From: Thermoanaerobaculia bacterium | Lineage (GTDB): Bacteria; Acidobacteriota; Thermoanaerobaculia; UBA5066 | DNA length: 64,000 bases | NCBI GenBank assembly: GCA_963816185.1 | Contig: CAWFJJ010000005.1 | Span: forward strand, 160,001 to 224,000 | Direction: 5' to 3' | In this document: one piece after another, positions 10,364-21,058 of the stretch | Layout: every line of letters begins with the position of its first letter | How positions within the stretch are numbered: position 1 is the first letter of the stretch | Made by a program: the position numbers and the translations under genes | Notes under the pieces: generated by a model | Seen by the model: only the letters and a program-made list of their open reading frames with translations | The model's database searches: none | Told to the model about the DNA's origin: nothing

Positions 10364-10743
10364 CACGTGTTCTCCTTCGGCTCGTTGTGGCAGTCCCAGC
10401 AGGTGGGCTTGATCGCGAGATCGTCGTGGCAGGAATCGCAGAATTCCGACTTGTTGGGATGGCAGCGGATGCAGGTCCCGACCAGGCTCATCGTGACGAA
10501 CTTCCCGTCTCCGTCCCGGTACGTCCGCTGCTCCTTCCGGACGACGGTGTCCCGCCAGGAGTTGAGCAGCTCCATGTGGCTTGCGCGCATCTCTTCCCGC
10601 GGCGCCACGCATCGTTTCTCCGCGGTGACGATCTTGGGCTGAGGCCTCGGGGGAGGTGCCACGATCGCGGGCCGCCACACCGGGAAGAGCGCCAGCGCGA
10701 GAAAAGCCGTGATCCCGGTGAGGATCTTGCCTCCGTCATACAT
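10363..10743 (-). CDS. dsrJ: DsrJ triheme cytochrome c
   Basis: Three CxxCH; MRASHMELLNSWRDTVVR. Confidence 0.95.
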   Translation of the reverse strand: MYDGGKILTGITAFLALALFPVWRPAIVAPPPRPQPKIVTAEKRCVAPREEMRASHMELLNSWRDTVVRKEQRTYRDGDGKFVTMSLVGTCIRCHPNKSEFCDSCHDDLAIKPTCWDCHNEPKENT

Positions 10744-12355
10744 CGGTGCCGCCCTCCTCGGCCGCGAACGGGTTCCCTCTCAGGTCCGTCGTCCTCGGCT
10801 TCTCACCCTCCATCACGAGCGCGTTGCCGACGAGCTCGTGCACGCCCGACACGCCCACCTCGGGCACCCAGTACTCCATCAGGGAGGACAGGACCGCCCG
10901 ATCGATGGCGCAGACGCACGCGAGCGTGTTGACGCCGTGCTTCTCGTGGACGTAGCGCACCGCGTTGGCCCGCGGCAGGCCTCCCCGGAGGCGCATCTCC
11001 ATGTTCTCGTCGTTCCCGAGACCGGCTCCTCCGCCGCAGCAGAACGTCTGCTCGCGGATCGTGTTCTCCGGCATCTCGAAGAAGTTGTTGCAGACCGCTC
11101 GAATGATGCTGCGGGGCTCCTCGAGGAGCCCCATGGCGCGCGCGGGATTGCACGAGTCGTGAAACGTCACGCGGCGGTGGTCGTTGCGCTTCGGGTCGAG
11201 CTTGAGCTTGCCGTGCCGGATCAGGTCCGCCGTGAACTCGCAGATGTGCACCATCTTCGTCGAGGCGGCGTGATCGAAGCGTGTGTGCGTGAACGGGCTG
11301 ACCGGCACCTCGAGGAAGTCCGCCGGGCCGTTCATCGTGTCCATGAACTGGTGCATGACGCGCCACATGTGGCCGCACTCGCCTCCGAGAAGCCACTTCA
11401 CCCCGAGCCGCTTGGCCTCGTGGTAGATCTTGTAGTTCAGGCGCTTGATCGTGTCGGTCGAGGTGAACAGCCCGAAATTGCCGCCCTCGGAGGCATAGGC
11501 CGAGAGCGTGTAGTCCAGCCCAAGGGCCTTGAATACGAGGAGGTAGCCCATGAAGGTATAGATGCCCGGGTCCGCGAAGTAATCCGCGGAGGGCACGATG
11601 AAGAGCACCTCCGCGCCTTTGCGGTTGATCGACGGCTCGGCCCGGATCCCCGTCAGCCCTTCCAGCTCGTCCACCAGGAAGTCGACGTTGTCCTTGAAGG
11701 TGTGGGGCGGAATCCCGAGATGGTTCCCGGTGCGATCGCAGTTGGCGACCGGCTCCATGACCCAGTTGATGTTGAGCCCGACCAGGTTGAGAAGCTCCCG
11801 CGCGTGCATGGTGATCTCGGCCGTGTCGATGCCGTAGGGGCAGAAGACCGAGCAGCGGCGGCATTCCGTGCACTGGAAGAAGTAGTAGTACCACTCCTTC
11901 AGGAGCTCGGGGCTCAGCTTGCGGGCGCCCGCGAAGCGGCCGAGGATCTTGCCTGCCGTGGTGAAGTCGTTCCGATAGACCGAGCGGAGCAGCTCGGCGC
12001 GCAGAACGGGCATGTTCTTGGGATCCCCGGAGCCGAGATAGAAGTGACACTTGTCGGCGCATGCCCCGCAGCGCACGCAGATGTCGAGAAACACCTTAAG
12101 CGACCGGTATTTCGCGAGCCGTTCCTCGAGCCCGTCCTTGATGATCTGCTGCCAGTTCTCGGGAAGCTTCCAATCCGCGTCCGTGGGAGACCATTCACGC
12201 GGGTTCGGAAAACCGAGGTAACGCAGGTTCTTGCCTGCCGCGGGGTAAGACCAGGAGCCCTTGCGTGCCTCGAAGTCGACCCCCGGGTCCATCCAGTCGC
12301 CCGGCTTGGGCGTGTAGTCGATCTGCACCAGTTCTTGTTTCGTCTTCTCCGCCAT
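10736..12355 (-). CDS. dsrK: DsrK, HdrD-like Fe-S subunit
   Basis: CVRCGACADKC, CTECRRCSVFC, GECGHMWR, FHDSCN, CCGGG. Confidence 0.96.
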   Translation of the reverse strand: MAEKTKQELVQIDYTPKPGDWMDPGVDFEARKGSWSYPAAGKNLRYLGFPNPREWSPTDADWKLPENWQQIIKDGLEERLAKYRSLKVFLDICVRCGACADKCHFYLGSGDPKNMPVLRAELLRSVYRNDFTTAGKILGRFAGARKLSPELLKEWYYYFFQCTECRRCSVFCPYGIDTAEITMHARELLNLVGLNINWVMEPVANCDRTGNHLGIPPHTFKDNVDFLVDELEGLTGIRAEPSINRKGAEVLFIVPSADYFADPGIYTFMGYLLVFKALGLDYTLSAYASEGGNFGLFTSTDTIKRLNYKIYHEAKRLGVKWLLGGECGHMWRVMHQFMDTMNGPADFLEVPVSPFTHTRFDHAASTKMVHICEFTADLIRHGKLKLDPKRNDHRRVTFHDSCNPARAMGLLEEPRSIIRAVCNNFFEMPENTIREQTFCCGGGAGLGNDENMEMRLRGGLPRANAVRYVHEKHGVNTLACVCAIDRAVLSSLMEYWVPEVGVSGVHELVGNALVMEGEKPRTTDLRGNPFAAEEGGTDV

Positions 12356-12358
12356 GTC

Positions 12359-13348
12359 TCACTTCCCGTCGAGAGGGATACCGGCCGCCACCAGCTTGTC
12401 GTGAAAGTCCTTTTCCCACTCGGCATAGGTGTGCCCGACGATGGACGGGTTCCACGGGTTGATGTGCCGGCGCGCCCGGTTGTTGTTGGCGAGGTTTCGG
12501 GTCGGTGAGAGGAAGACGCCCGCCATGTGGACGAGCTTGGAGAAGGGGAAATAGGCAAAGAGGACGCTCACGAGAAAGAGATGCGCGTAGAAGAGCGAGC
12601 CGATGCCTTTGGGGAGCGCCGGATGGAAGGTCACCAATCCCATCGCGAGAGTCTTCACCGCCTCGACGTCCACCTTCGCGAAGTAGCGAAGGAGGATCCC
12701 GGAGATCCCGACTCCGAGGATCAACGCGAGGGGGAAGTAGTCGGCGTGAAGGGACACGTAGCGCAGCCGGGCGTCGGCGAGGCGCCGGAACAGCAGATAC
12801 CCGACGGCGGCGATCAGGAGGCCGTCCGTCACGTAGAGCTCCGGAAGGCCCACCTGGAAGAAGCCGTCCAACCCCTGCAGCCACCTGACGAACGCGGGCA
12901 CGGGCGCCGCGAAGAAGCGGTCGTGGCGCAGGAGGATCACGAGGAACGAGTAATGGAAGGCGAGGGCGGCTGCCCAGAGCCACTTGTCGGCGGAGTAGAC
13001 GAGACGTCCCCCTTCCTTGAGCTCGGCGCGCGTGTTGCGGAAAAGTGAGCGGAACGTGAAGACTTCGAGAAGCACGCGCCCGGCGGCGCCGAGTCCCGTG
13101 GAGGGGTTGTCCAGGCGCGCGGACTTGATCCACGAGAGCGAGCGCTGCTGTCCGCAGGTCGTCGGAGTGCGAAAGGGCACCGGCGAGCGCGCCCACCCCA
13201 GGACCCGAGCCGTGATCCCCACGAGGAAGATCGCGATCGCGAGAATGGGAAGCACGATTCCGAACAGGGCCTGGCCCCCCGCCTGGGCGCCGCCGTAGGC
13301 GATCAGGGCCAGCGCCAGAACAAGCAAGAAAGACCAGATGGCCCGCAT
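12359..13348 (-). CDS. dsrM: DsrM, diheme cytochrome b
   Basis: PTTCGQQRSL; both His pairs FHYSFLVILLRH and AHLFLVSVLFAYFPFSKLVH. Confidence 0.96.
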   Translation of the reverse strand: MRAIWSFLLVLALALIAYGGAQAGGQALFGIVLPILAIAIFLVGITARVLGWARSPVPFRTPTTCGQQRSLSWIKSARLDNPSTGLGAAGRVLLEVFTFRSLFRNTRAELKEGGRLVYSADKWLWAAALAFHYSFLVILLRHDRFFAAPVPAFVRWLQGLDGFFQVGLPELYVTDGLLIAAVGYLLFRRLADARLRYVSLHADYFPLALILGVGISGILLRYFAKVDVEAVKTLAMGLVTFHPALPKGIGSLFYAHLFLVSVLFAYFPFSKLVHMAGVFLSPTRNLANNNRARRHINPWNPSIVGHTYAEWEKDFHDKLVAAGIPLDGK

Positions 13349-13352
13349 AACC

Positions 13353-13904
13353 TCACGCGCTCCCTTCCGCGGGAGGGCAGGCAGCGGCGCCCTCCATCGC
13401 CTTCGCGTCCTCGAGAAGGCCGGCCCGCTTCAGCAAGGCGTACGTGCGTGCGGTCGCTTCCCGGGTCCGGATTGCCGAGATCTTTTCCCGGCACATGGTG
13501 TATCTCTCCCACGCCAGAAGAGCCAATGCGTCGATACGCTCATCGATCTCGAGCAGCTCATCGGCCGGCGTTTTCGCGAGCTCTTCGTGGAGCTCCACGC
13601 TCAGAGCGCGCCGGAAGAGGAACACGAATCCCGCCGCCTGGGCGGGGGAGAAATCCTGGACCGCGCGCACGCGGACCACCGCGTCCACGGACGCGGAAAG
13701 ACCGCCCGGATCGTCGCCGGCGAGCAGGCCCTCGGTGAGGGCGCCGATGGCGTCCCGGATCGTCACCCCGACCGGGTTCCGGAATCCGTCCCGCTCCTTG
13801 AGCAGAAACGCAGTGGTCGGGTGGGGGTACGTGGCCAGGACCAGCTCCACCCACCGATCGGCCAGCGCCGAACGTCGGTCTCGTGAGATCTCCAGGAGTG
13901 TCAT
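13353..13904 (-). CDS. dsrT: DsrT (RsbRD-N domain)
   Basis: TYP..FLLKERDGFRNPVG, RVRAVQDFSPAQA, MCREKI; upstream of dsrM. Confidence 0.9.
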   Translation of the reverse strand: MTLLEISRDRRSALADRWVELVLATYPHPTTAFLLKERDGFRNPVGVTIRDAIGALTEGLLAGDDPGGLSASVDAVVRVRAVQDFSPAQAAGFVFLFRRALSVELHEELAKTPADELLEIDERIDALALLAWERYTMCREKISAIRTREATARTYALLKRAGLLEDAKAMEGAAACPPAEGSA

Positions 13905-13921
13905 GACGCCCACAGGCGGCC

Positions 13922-14239
13922 CTAGACGCAGCCGGTTGGCTTCGCGAGACCCGCCACCTTGCAGGCTCCCTTGGCGGGACCCGACGGGAAGAGGGCGTAG
14001 ACCTTCTTGAGGTCGTACCCCGTTTCCTTGCACAGCTTGCGGATCATCGGGGCGACCCCGAACTGCACGAAGTAGTTCCTGAGATACTTCACGAGCTTCC
14101 AGTGTTCGTCGGTCAGCTCGTTGACGCCCTCCGTCGTGGCGAGGGCCTTCGCGACGTCCTCGTTCCACTTGTCCGGCTCCTGCATGAAGCCGTCCTCGTC
14201 AACTTCGATCGAAATGTTCGCGTGACTGAACGTTGGCAT
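13922..14239 (-). CDS. dsrC: DsrC sulfur carrier
   Basis: VDEDGF; C-terminal GACKVAGLAKPTGCV with both Cys; RBS AAGGAGG. Confidence 0.97.
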   Translation of the reverse strand: MPTFSHANISIEVDEDGFMQEPDKWNEDVAKALATTEGVNELTDEHWKLVKYLRNYFVQFGVAPMIRKLCKETGYDLKKVYALFPSGPAKGACKVAGLAKPTGCV

Positions 14240-14262
14240 ACCAATTCCTCCTTGGATCGACT

Positions 14263-14838
14263 TTATTGGGGTGTCTCTCCGGCCGGGGGGTGGTTCGTGC
14301 GGGCGGGCTTCTCCCCGCCCTCTGCTTTCGCGAGGGCCTTGAGAAACTCCGGAGCCGGACTGAATCCGCCCTCCAGCGCGGCGTCTAGGTGCGCATGACT
14401 TTCGGTCACCTGTCCGAGGGCCAAAAGCCCGACGGCCAGGTGGTAATGGGCTCCGGCGTGCTCGCCGTCCAGCTCCAGGGCGCGCCGGAGGCAGGCCACC
14501 ATCGCTTCCGCCTCGCCCAGGTAGAGATGGCCCAGCGCTTGGTTGTAGTGAGCAATGAAGAGCTCCGGCCGGACCTTCGCCGCCTGACGGTTGGCCTCGA
14601 TGCAGCCCCGATAGTCCCAGCGGGCGAGAAGGACACCCCCGAGGTTCACGAGCGCCTCCGGGAAGTCGGCGCGCAGCTCGAGAGCCTTTCGGAACTCCTG
14701 CTCTGCCTCTGCGGGGCATCCGGACTGCCAGAGCGCCGTCCCGAGGTTGTGATGGGAGGCAGCCGAGGCGGGATCCTGAGCCACCGCCCGGCGCCACCGC
14801 TCGGCCTGCTCGCGAACGTGGGGGCCGGCTGCGCTCAT
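14263..14838 (-). CDS. TPR-repeat protein
   Basis: Repeated helical TPR pattern (HHNLGTAL, LVNLGGVL, HYNQAL, HYHLAV); ATGA overlap with upstream gene. Confidence 0.85.
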   Translation of the reverse strand: MSAAGPHVREQAERWRRAVAQDPASAASHHNLGTALWQSGCPAEAEQEFRKALELRADFPEALVNLGGVLLARWDYRGCIEANRQAAKVRPELFIAHYNQALGHLYLGEAEAMVACLRRALELDGEHAGAHYHLAVGLLALGQVTESHAHLDAALEGGFSPAPEFLKALAKAEGGEKPARTNHPPAGETPQ

Positions 14839-15293
14839 GACGCTTCTCCTTTCTGGCAGTTGACGATGGCTCGAGCGATGCTGTCCACGACCGAACGCCG
14901 GTCGTGCTGAGCGACCAATCGCACAACGTCCACCAGCGCATCGCGGAGCCGGGCGTCGCGGGTCAGGCGGAGGAGGTTCGGCACGAGGGGGCGGAGGAGA
15001 TCGGGCGTCTCCTCGGCGACGGCCCGCAGCACCTCGGGCGCGGTCACGGCATGCGTTCCGGATTCCTCGTTCATGGCCCACACGAGACGCCGGGCCACCT
15101 CCTGCACGAGCCGGGGATGATGGTGTCCGGCGAGCGCGAGCCCTCTGGCCGCGGTGGCGCGCACGTCGGGCTCGGGCCGATACGTGAGAGCGACGAGCTG
15201 GCGCACCGTGCGCGGGTCCGACTTGACCAGCTCGGCCACGTCGTCCAGCCTGCGCTCCTGGACGGCTTCGACGATCGCTCCGCGCGCGCTCAT
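14835..15293 (-). CDS. HEAT-like repeat protein (DVU0298-like)
   Basis: ARRLVWAMNEESG..APEVL motif; ATGA overlaps on both sides. Confidence 0.7.
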   Translation of the reverse strand: MSARGAIVEAVQERRLDDVAELVKSDPRTVRQLVALTYRPEPDVRATAARGLALAGHHHPRLVQEVARRLVWAMNEESGTHAVTAPEVLRAVAEETPDLLRPLVPNLLRLTRDARLRDALVDVVRLVAQHDRRSVVDSIARAIVNCQKGEAS

Positions 15294-16672
15294 GGCTCTT
15301 CTCCGCGAGCGGCGCGAATCATGGCCGGCGCCCACTCGGGCGTGCCCAAGGCATGTAGGTGCGTGTAGGTGGCCACCGCCCTGGCGATCTGGACTCCGTC
15401 CCTGCCGTCTCCCACGCCGACGCCGCGGTCGATCGCGAGGATCGTTTGGTACGGCAGGGTCGTCCGGTTCACGTGCGAGTAGTGGAACTCGTGACCGCGG
15501 ACCGCGCTCCCTTCGCCGAGGAAGGGATTCGGCGCATCGGCCCGCGCCGCCACGTAGCCGTGGCCCTCGGGCCGGCTGGTCTGCTCCACGACGACGGGCA
15601 GGGCCCCCACCATCGGATGGCCGATTCCGTCGACGACGAGCTGCTGGGCCAGATACATCAGCCCTCCGCACTCGCCCCAGACCGGCAGCCCCTCTGCGAT
15701 CCGCTGGCGCAGCTCGGCCCGGAAGCCGCGATTGCCCGCGAGCCTCGCTGCATAGACTTCCGGGAATCCGCCTCCGACGTAGAAACCGTCCAGGCTCGGG
15801 AGCGATTCGTCCGCGAGGGGGGAGACGAAGACGAGCTCCGCGCCCGCCTCCTCAAGGGCCTCGAGGTTCTCCGGGTAGTAGAAAGAGAAGGCCGCGTCGC
15901 GGGCGACGCCGATTCGAACCCGCGGACCCACGGGGACGTGGCGCGGCTTGGCGGGCGGCACCTCCAGCCGTGGCGCTCCGCCCGCCACCGCGAGCAGGGC
16001 GTCCACGTCGACGTGCGCGTCGATGAGGTCCGCGGCGCGCTCCAGCATCTCCTCGGACCGCGGGTGCTCGGCTACCGGGACGAGGCCCAGGTGCCTGCTG
16101 GGCAGGTCGATTTTCGCCTGGCGGGGGATCGCCCCGAGCACGGGCACGTTCGTGGCGTCGGCGATCGCTTCGCGAATGACCACCTCATGCCGCCGATTGG
16201 CCACACGGTTCAGGATCACGCCGGCGAGGTTGAGCTGGGGATCCATGACCTCGCATCCCAGGACCTGGGCGGCGACGGTGCGGGTCACCTTCGTGGTGTT
16301 GACCACGAGCACGACCGGCGCGGCCACCAATTTGGCGAGTGCCGCCGAGGAGTGCGATCCCTCGCCGTCCATCCCGTCGAACAGGCCGCGATTTCCCTCG
16401 ATGATGGCGATGTCGTTTCCGCGGGCGGCGGCGCCCGCCAGAGACGACGCGATCGCGGAGGCCGGCATCAGGTACGTGTCGAGGTTGCGTGCCTCCGTTC
16501 CGGCGGCCGCACCAAGCCACGAGGCGTCGATGTAATCCGGTCCCTTCTTGAAGGCTCCCACGAGGATCTTCCGCCGACGCAGGGCGCGCACGAGTCCGGT
16601 GGAGACGAGCGTCTTGCCGGTATCCCCGGCGAGCCCGGCCACCATCAAGCGCGACAGCCTGGTTTGCGTCAC
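15290..16672 (-). CDS. dsrN: DsrN siroheme amidase (CbiA/CobB-like)
   Basis: GDTGKT, FKKGPDYID, IEGNRGLFDG, GECGGLMYL, GHEFHYS. Confidence 0.93.
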   Translation of the reverse strand: MTQTRLSRLMVAGLAGDTGKTLVSTGLVRALRRRKILVGAFKKGPDYIDASWLGAAAGTEARNLDTYLMPASAIASSLAGAAARGNDIAIIEGNRGLFDGMDGEGSHSSAALAKLVAAPVVLVVNTTKVTRTVAAQVLGCEVMDPQLNLAGVILNRVANRRHEVVIREAIADATNVPVLGAIPRQAKIDLPSRHLGLVPVAEHPRSEEMLERAADLIDAHVDVDALLAVAGGAPRLEVPPAKPRHVPVGPRVRIGVARDAAFSFYYPENLEALEEAGAELVFVSPLADESLPSLDGFYVGGGFPEVYAARLAGNRGFRAELRQRIAEGLPVWGECGGLMYLAQQLVVDGIGHPMVGALPVVVEQTSRPEGHGYVAARADAPNPFLGEGSAVRGHEFHYSHVNRTTLPYQTILAIDRGVGVGDGRDGVQIARAVATYTHLHALGTPEWAPAMIRAARGEEP

Positions 16673-16690
16673 CCTAGCTCTCTCCGTTCC

Positions 16691-18370
16691 TCACACCATC
16701 TCGAGATAGCCGCAGGGGCATTCGTCGGCGCACTTCTTACAGCCGTCGCAGAGCTCGAGCTTGATCTTGAAGTAGTGTCCGGGCCGTTTCTCCTCGAGCT
16801 TGGCGAAGCAGCCGGCCTGGCAGTACATCCAGCATTTCTCGCAGTCGAAGCACAGGCCGCACGAGAAGCAGCGCGTGACCTCTCCGAGAAACTGCTCCCG
16901 CGTGATGCCGTGGTCGATCTCGTCGAGCGGGTTGGCCAGCCTTTCGGCGGCGGCCGTGATCGAGCGCTCGGCCCGCGGCTTCGCCTCGTAGGTGTCCTTC
17001 TTGATGCGGGCCGCCGGCACGGGCGATCGATGATCCGTTCGCGGCGGCGGCTCGGATCCGCGCAGCGCCGCATGGATCGTCTCGGCCGCCCTCCGCCCCT
17101 GGTACACGGCGATCGTGGCCAGACCGAGCTCCACGTCGTCCCCGCCGGCCCACACGCCTTCGGCCACCTTCCCGTCCGGGTCGGCCCCGAACCAGCCCTT
17201 CGACGCCCCCAGGGCCGCCACCCTTTCGGCTTCGGGCTCCTGGGAGATGGCCGCGATCACCGTATCGACGGGGATCTCGTACTCGGATCCCGCGACGGGA
17301 ACCGGGCGGCGGCGGCCGGACGCGTCCGGCTCGCCCAGCTCCATGCGCTGGACGACCAACGCCTTCACGCTCTCCCCGTCGCGCCGGATGGCCACCGGCG
17401 CCGCCAGGAAGACGATCTCGATGTTCTCTTCGAGAGCCTGTTCGACCTCGCTGGCGATGGCCGGCATCTCGGTCCGCGTCCTTCGGTAGACGATCGTCAC
17501 CTTCGCGCCGAGCCGGAGCGCGACCCGTGCCGCGTCGATCGCGGTGTCGCCGCCTCCGATCACCGCCACGGACGAGCCCACGTCCACGCGCTCGCCCGAA
17601 TTCGCCCGGTTCAGGAACTCGGTACCCGTCAAGACGCCGGGACCATCTTCACCCGGCACCCCGAGACGCTTCCCGCGGTGCGCGCCGATCCCGGCGAAGA
17701 CCACCTTGTGTCGAGCCCTGAGCTCGTCGATCGAAACGTCGCGGCCCACGGCCGTATTGAGCTTGAGGTCCACACCGAGGTCCACGATCCGCCTCACCTC
17801 GGCGTCCAGGACGCTCGACGGCAGGCGGTAGCGGGGGATGCCGTAGCGCAGCATGCCGCCCGCCTCGGGGAACGCCTCGTAGACGGTCACCGCGTAACCG
17901 CGGCGGGCCAGCTGATAGGCGCAGGAGAGCCCGGCGGGCCCCGCCCCGATCACGCCGATGGACTCGGACTTCGGGGTCTCCTCCACCTTGCCGAGAGCAA
18001 GGCTCTTCTCGAGCCCCCAGTCCCCGATGAAGCGCTCGAGGCAGTTGACCGCCACCGAGCCGTCCTTCTCCTTCCGGTTGCAGTTGTCCTCGCAGGGGTG
18101 CGGACAGACCCGCCCCATCACGGCCGGGAAGGGGTTGTACTCCACGATCGTCCGCCACGCCTTCTCGAACGCCTGCTCCTCGGAGAGCCCGGTCTTGTCC
18201 CGCTGAGCGATCGTCGTGATCCAGCCCCGGATGTCCGTGCCGCTCGGGCAATTTCCGATGCAAGGCGGGAGCTTCTCGACGGCCTGCGGACGCAGCGACG
18301 ACACTTGCGTGGCGCCGCTTCCGCCCATCCTTAGGGGAGGCTTCTTGGAGACCGGCTTCAGGAGTCCCAT
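16691..18370 (-). CDS. dsrL: DsrL Fe-S flavoprotein, DsrL-2 type
   Basis: PPC..CP, GRVCPHPCE, GAGPAG, GGGDTA, YRR motif, C-terminal ferredoxin; follows dsrD. Confidence 0.92.
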   Translation of the reverse strand: MGLLKPVSKKPPLRMGGSGATQVSSLRPQAVEKLPPCIGNCPSGTDIRGWITTIAQRDKTGLSEEQAFEKAWRTIVEYNPFPAVMGRVCPHPCEDNCNRKEKDGSVAVNCLERFIGDWGLEKSLALGKVEETPKSESIGVIGAGPAGLSCAYQLARRGYAVTVYEAFPEAGGMLRYGIPRYRLPSSVLDAEVRRIVDLGVDLKLNTAVGRDVSIDELRARHKVVFAGIGAHRGKRLGVPGEDGPGVLTGTEFLNRANSGERVDVGSSVAVIGGGDTAIDAARVALRLGAKVTIVYRRTRTEMPAIASEVEQALEENIEIVFLAAPVAIRRDGESVKALVVQRMELGEPDASGRRRPVPVAGSEYEIPVDTVIAAISQEPEAERVAALGASKGWFGADPDGKVAEGVWAGGDDVELGLATIAVYQGRRAAETIHAALRGSEPPPRTDHRSPVPAARIKKDTYEAKPRAERSITAAAERLANPLDEIDHGITREQFLGEVTRCFSCGLCFDCEKCWMYCQAGCFAKLEEKRPGHYFKIKLELCDGCKKCADECPCGYLEMV

Positions 18371-18501
18371 CGTCTGTCTCTCTTCCTGCGCGGGAGCGTG
18401 GCTGCGATCTTGGCCGTCCGCTGCGCCATCTTCTCGGTCAACCGATACCTCAGAGGCGGCGGGGCCCCCGGGGCCGACACGACCCCGGGGGCAGCGCCAC
18501 G

Positions 18502-18738
18502 CTAGACCTTGTCCGGCGGAAGCGTGATGTAGCTCCCGCCAAAGTACGAATAGATGCAACGACCCGAGTCCATCAGCTGGCGGATCGCCTTCTTGCAGAC
18601 ATCCTTGGAGCACTCTTCGCCGTACTTCTCGATCATGGCCTTGGTGAGATCCGTGGCCTTCTGGCTTTTCTTGCCATGTGTCTCTTTGACCACTTGAAAC
18701 ATCGCGTCGGCGACCTGCTCGATACTCACGGGACTCAT
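18502..18738 (-). CDS. dsrD: DsrD
   Basis: 78 aa Lys-rich winged-helix; CKKAIRQLMDSGRCIYSYFGGSYI; directly after dsrB. Confidence 0.88.
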   Translation of the reverse strand: MSPVSIEQVADAMFQVVKETHGKKSQKATDLTKAMIEKYGEECSKDVCKKAIRQLMDSGRCIYSYFGGSYITLPPDKV

Positions 18739-18757
18739 GGCACCCTCCTCTTGACGC

Positions 18758-19843
18758 TCACGCCTGCCGCATGTGGACGGAGCGTTTGAACGTCTCGCCG
18801 GCGTGCTTGAAGTCGTCGATGTGGTACTTGGTGAATTCGATGCCGGTGAGCTCGAAGAACTTCGGCCAGCCGATCCGGTCGATCCACTCTCCAACCCGCT
18901 CGAACTTGCGCGCGTTGGCGCCGTACACTTTGACGATATTCGAGACGGCGCTCACGACCTCGGGCCACCGCGGCGGGTTGTTGGGCAGGAAGGGGATCGC
19001 GAGCTTGGAGAACCGGGGCTCGGAGCGGGCGTTGGAGACCTTGCCGCCCACCCAGATCGAAATGCCGTCGTTCTCGGCATTCGCGATCTTCAGCGCGGGA
19101 CACACCGTGAAGCAGTTGCCGCAGTACATGCACTGCTCCTCGATGATCTCGACGGATTGGACGCCGTCCACCATGGCCGGCCGGACCGCGCCGGTCGGGC
19201 AGGACGAGACCACGCTGGGGATCTCGCACATCTTCGGGAGGTCCTTGTGGCTGATCTTCGGGGGCTTGCGGTGGATGCCCAGAATGGCGATGTCCGAGCA
19301 GTGGACCGCGCCGCACATGTTGAGGCAGCACGCGAACGCGATGCGGACCCGCGCCGGCATGTCGATGTTGACGAAGTGCGGGTACAGGTCGTCCATGACG
19401 GACTTCACGACGCCGGACGCATCGGATGCCGCGGAGTGGCAGTGGACCCAACCCTGGGTGTGGACGCAGTTGGAGATCGACGCCCCGACACCGCCGACCG
19501 GATAGCCCTCTTTTGTCAGGGCCGCGATGAGCGGATCGATGTTGGCGGGATCCGTGGGGAGGAACTCCACGTTGTTCCGGCTCGTGAAGCGGAGGTGTCC
19601 GCCGGAGTACTCGTCCGCCAGCTTGGCGAACAGGCGGATCGTCTCGATGGACAGGAGGCGGGGCGAGGCGGCGCGGACCGTGTAGAGCTTGTCGCCGGAG
19701 GCGGCGACGTGCACCAGGACGCCCGGCTTGAGAATCTCGTGATACTTCCACTTCCCGTAGTTCTTCTTGACGACGGGAGGGAGGAACTTCTGGTAGTGGG
19801 GCGGGCCGATGTCGGTTTTTCTCGGATTGGCAGACATTCGCAT
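18758..19843 (-). CDS. dsrB: Dissimilatory sulfite reductase beta subunit
   Basis: [40 protein letters not shown]. Confidence 0.98.
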   Translation of the reverse strand: MRMSANPRKTDIGPPHYQKFLPPVVKKNYGKWKYHEILKPGVLVHVAASGDKLYTVRAASPRLLSIETIRLFAKLADEYSGGHLRFTSRNNVEFLPTDPANIDPLIAALTKEGYPVGGVGASISNCVHTQGWVHCHSAASDASGVVKSVMDDLYPHFVNIDMPARVRIAFACCLNMCGAVHCSDIAILGIHRKPPKISHKDLPKMCEIPSVVSSCPTGAVRPAMVDGVQSVEIIEEQCMYCGNCFTVCPALKIANAENDGISIWVGGKVSNARSEPRFSKLAIPFLPNNPPRWPEVVSAVSNIVKVYGANARKFERVGEWIDRIGWPKFFELTGIEFTKYHIDDFKHAGETFKRSVHMRQA

Positions 19844-19864
19844 GTTCTCCTTACGTTCCCGTCC

Positions 19865-21058
19865 TCAGGCCGTCTCTTCCACGGTGTCCTGGTAGAAGAT
19901 GTAGGGGTTCGATCGGGGCGCACTGATCATCTCGGGGGCGGGCTCGAGGCCGACCTGCTCCAGGAAGCTCGAGAGGCCGATCCTCTGGATGAACTCGCCG
20001 ACGCGTTCGCGGTTCTTGCCGTGCTCGGACCAGAGATCCCAGATCCGCGAGATGAGCTCTTTGATGTCGTCGTAAGGCGGCTCCATCTTGATGAATGGCA
20101 CGAGGACGCTGGCAAGCAGCGCGCCGCCCACGATGGGCGCCTTCGCCCCGATGAGAATCGCCGCGCCGCGGTCGTCGCCGGGGGCGAGCGCCTTCGGCAT
20201 CGCGTTGATGCAGTGCATGCACTTGACGCAGTTGCGGTTGTCGATGCCGAGCGCCGAGCCGTTCCAGGCCATGCAGCGGGTCGGGCAGCGGTCGCAGACG
20301 TCTTTCTGGATGTCCAGCTTGCCGCTCGCGGCATAAGCCTTGACCTGCTCGGCGTCGATCTTGATGTCGTCCCGCCAGACGCCGATGAACGACATGTCGG
20401 AGCGCGCCACCGAGGCGACGCAGTCATTGCCACAGCCGGCGAACTTCAGCTTGTACTTGTAGGGGAAGGCCGGCCGGTGCAGCTCGTCCTGGTACGTTTG
20501 CGTGAAGTCGTAGCAGGCGCCCATCGTGTCGTAGCAAGCCCATTCGCAGCGCGCCTGTCCCGCGCAGCACGAAGGCGTCCGCATGTCCGAGCCGGAACCG
20601 CCGAGGTCGAATCCTGCGGCGGTCAGCTCCGCGAAAACGGGCTCCAGCTCTGCGGTCTTGGCGCCCAGCAAAACGAGGTCTCCCGTCGAGCCGTGCATGT
20701 TGGTGAGGCCGGAGCCGTGCCGGTCCCAGATGTCCGCGATGGTTCGCAGCGCGTCGGAGGTATAGAACCATCCGGCTGGTTGATTGATGCGCATGGTGTG
20801 AAATTCGGCGCATTCCGGGAACTCGGCGGCGAGGTCCGAGTAGCGGCCGATGACGCCGCCCCCGTACCCCATCACGCCCACGAGGCCGCCGTGCTTCCAG
20901 TGGCCCACCTTCTCCTCGTACGAGCGCTCGAGCTGGCCGAGGAGATCCCCGACCATTGGCCTGTCGGCCTCTTTCTTGAGCTCTTTGACGAAGCTCGGCC
21001 ACGGGCCCTTCTCCAGCTCGTCCAAAAGCGGTGTTTCCTTCTTGCCCTTCTCAGTCAT
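19865..21058 (-). CDS. dsrA: Dissimilatory sulfite reductase alpha subunit
   Basis: [31 protein letters not shown]-x5-C and GCGNDC siroheme/Fe-S motif. Confidence 0.98.
   Translation of the reverse strand: MTEKGKKETPLLDELEKGPWPSFVKELKKEADRPMVGDLLGQLERSYEEKVGHWKHGGLVGVMGYGGGVIGRYSDLAAEFPECAEFHTMRINQPAGWFYTSDALRTIADIWDRHGSGLTNMHGSTGDLVLLGAKTAELEPVFAELTAAGFDLGGSGSDMRTPSCCAGQARCEWACYDTMGACYDFTQTYQDELHRPAFPYKYKLKFAGCGNDCVASVARSDMSFIGVWRDDIKIDAEQVKAYAASGKLDIQKDVCDRCPTRCMAWNGSALGIDNRNCVKCMHCINAMPKALAPGDDRGAAILIGAKAPIVGGALLASVLVPFIKMEPPYDDIKELISRIWDLWSEHGKNRERVGEFIQRIGLSSFLEQVGLEPAPEMISAPRSNPYIFYQDTVEETA

Noticed and set aside
15359-18334. 991-aa plus-strand ORF and similar long antisense ORFs (e.g. 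18773-21271, 10709-12508, 54883-57021)
   Set aside because: Shadow frames of real genes in high-GC DNA; no motifs
18464-18490. GC hairpin between dsrD and dsrL as an ncRNA or terminator
   Set aside because: No U-tract and no recognisable RNA family; at most a stability element
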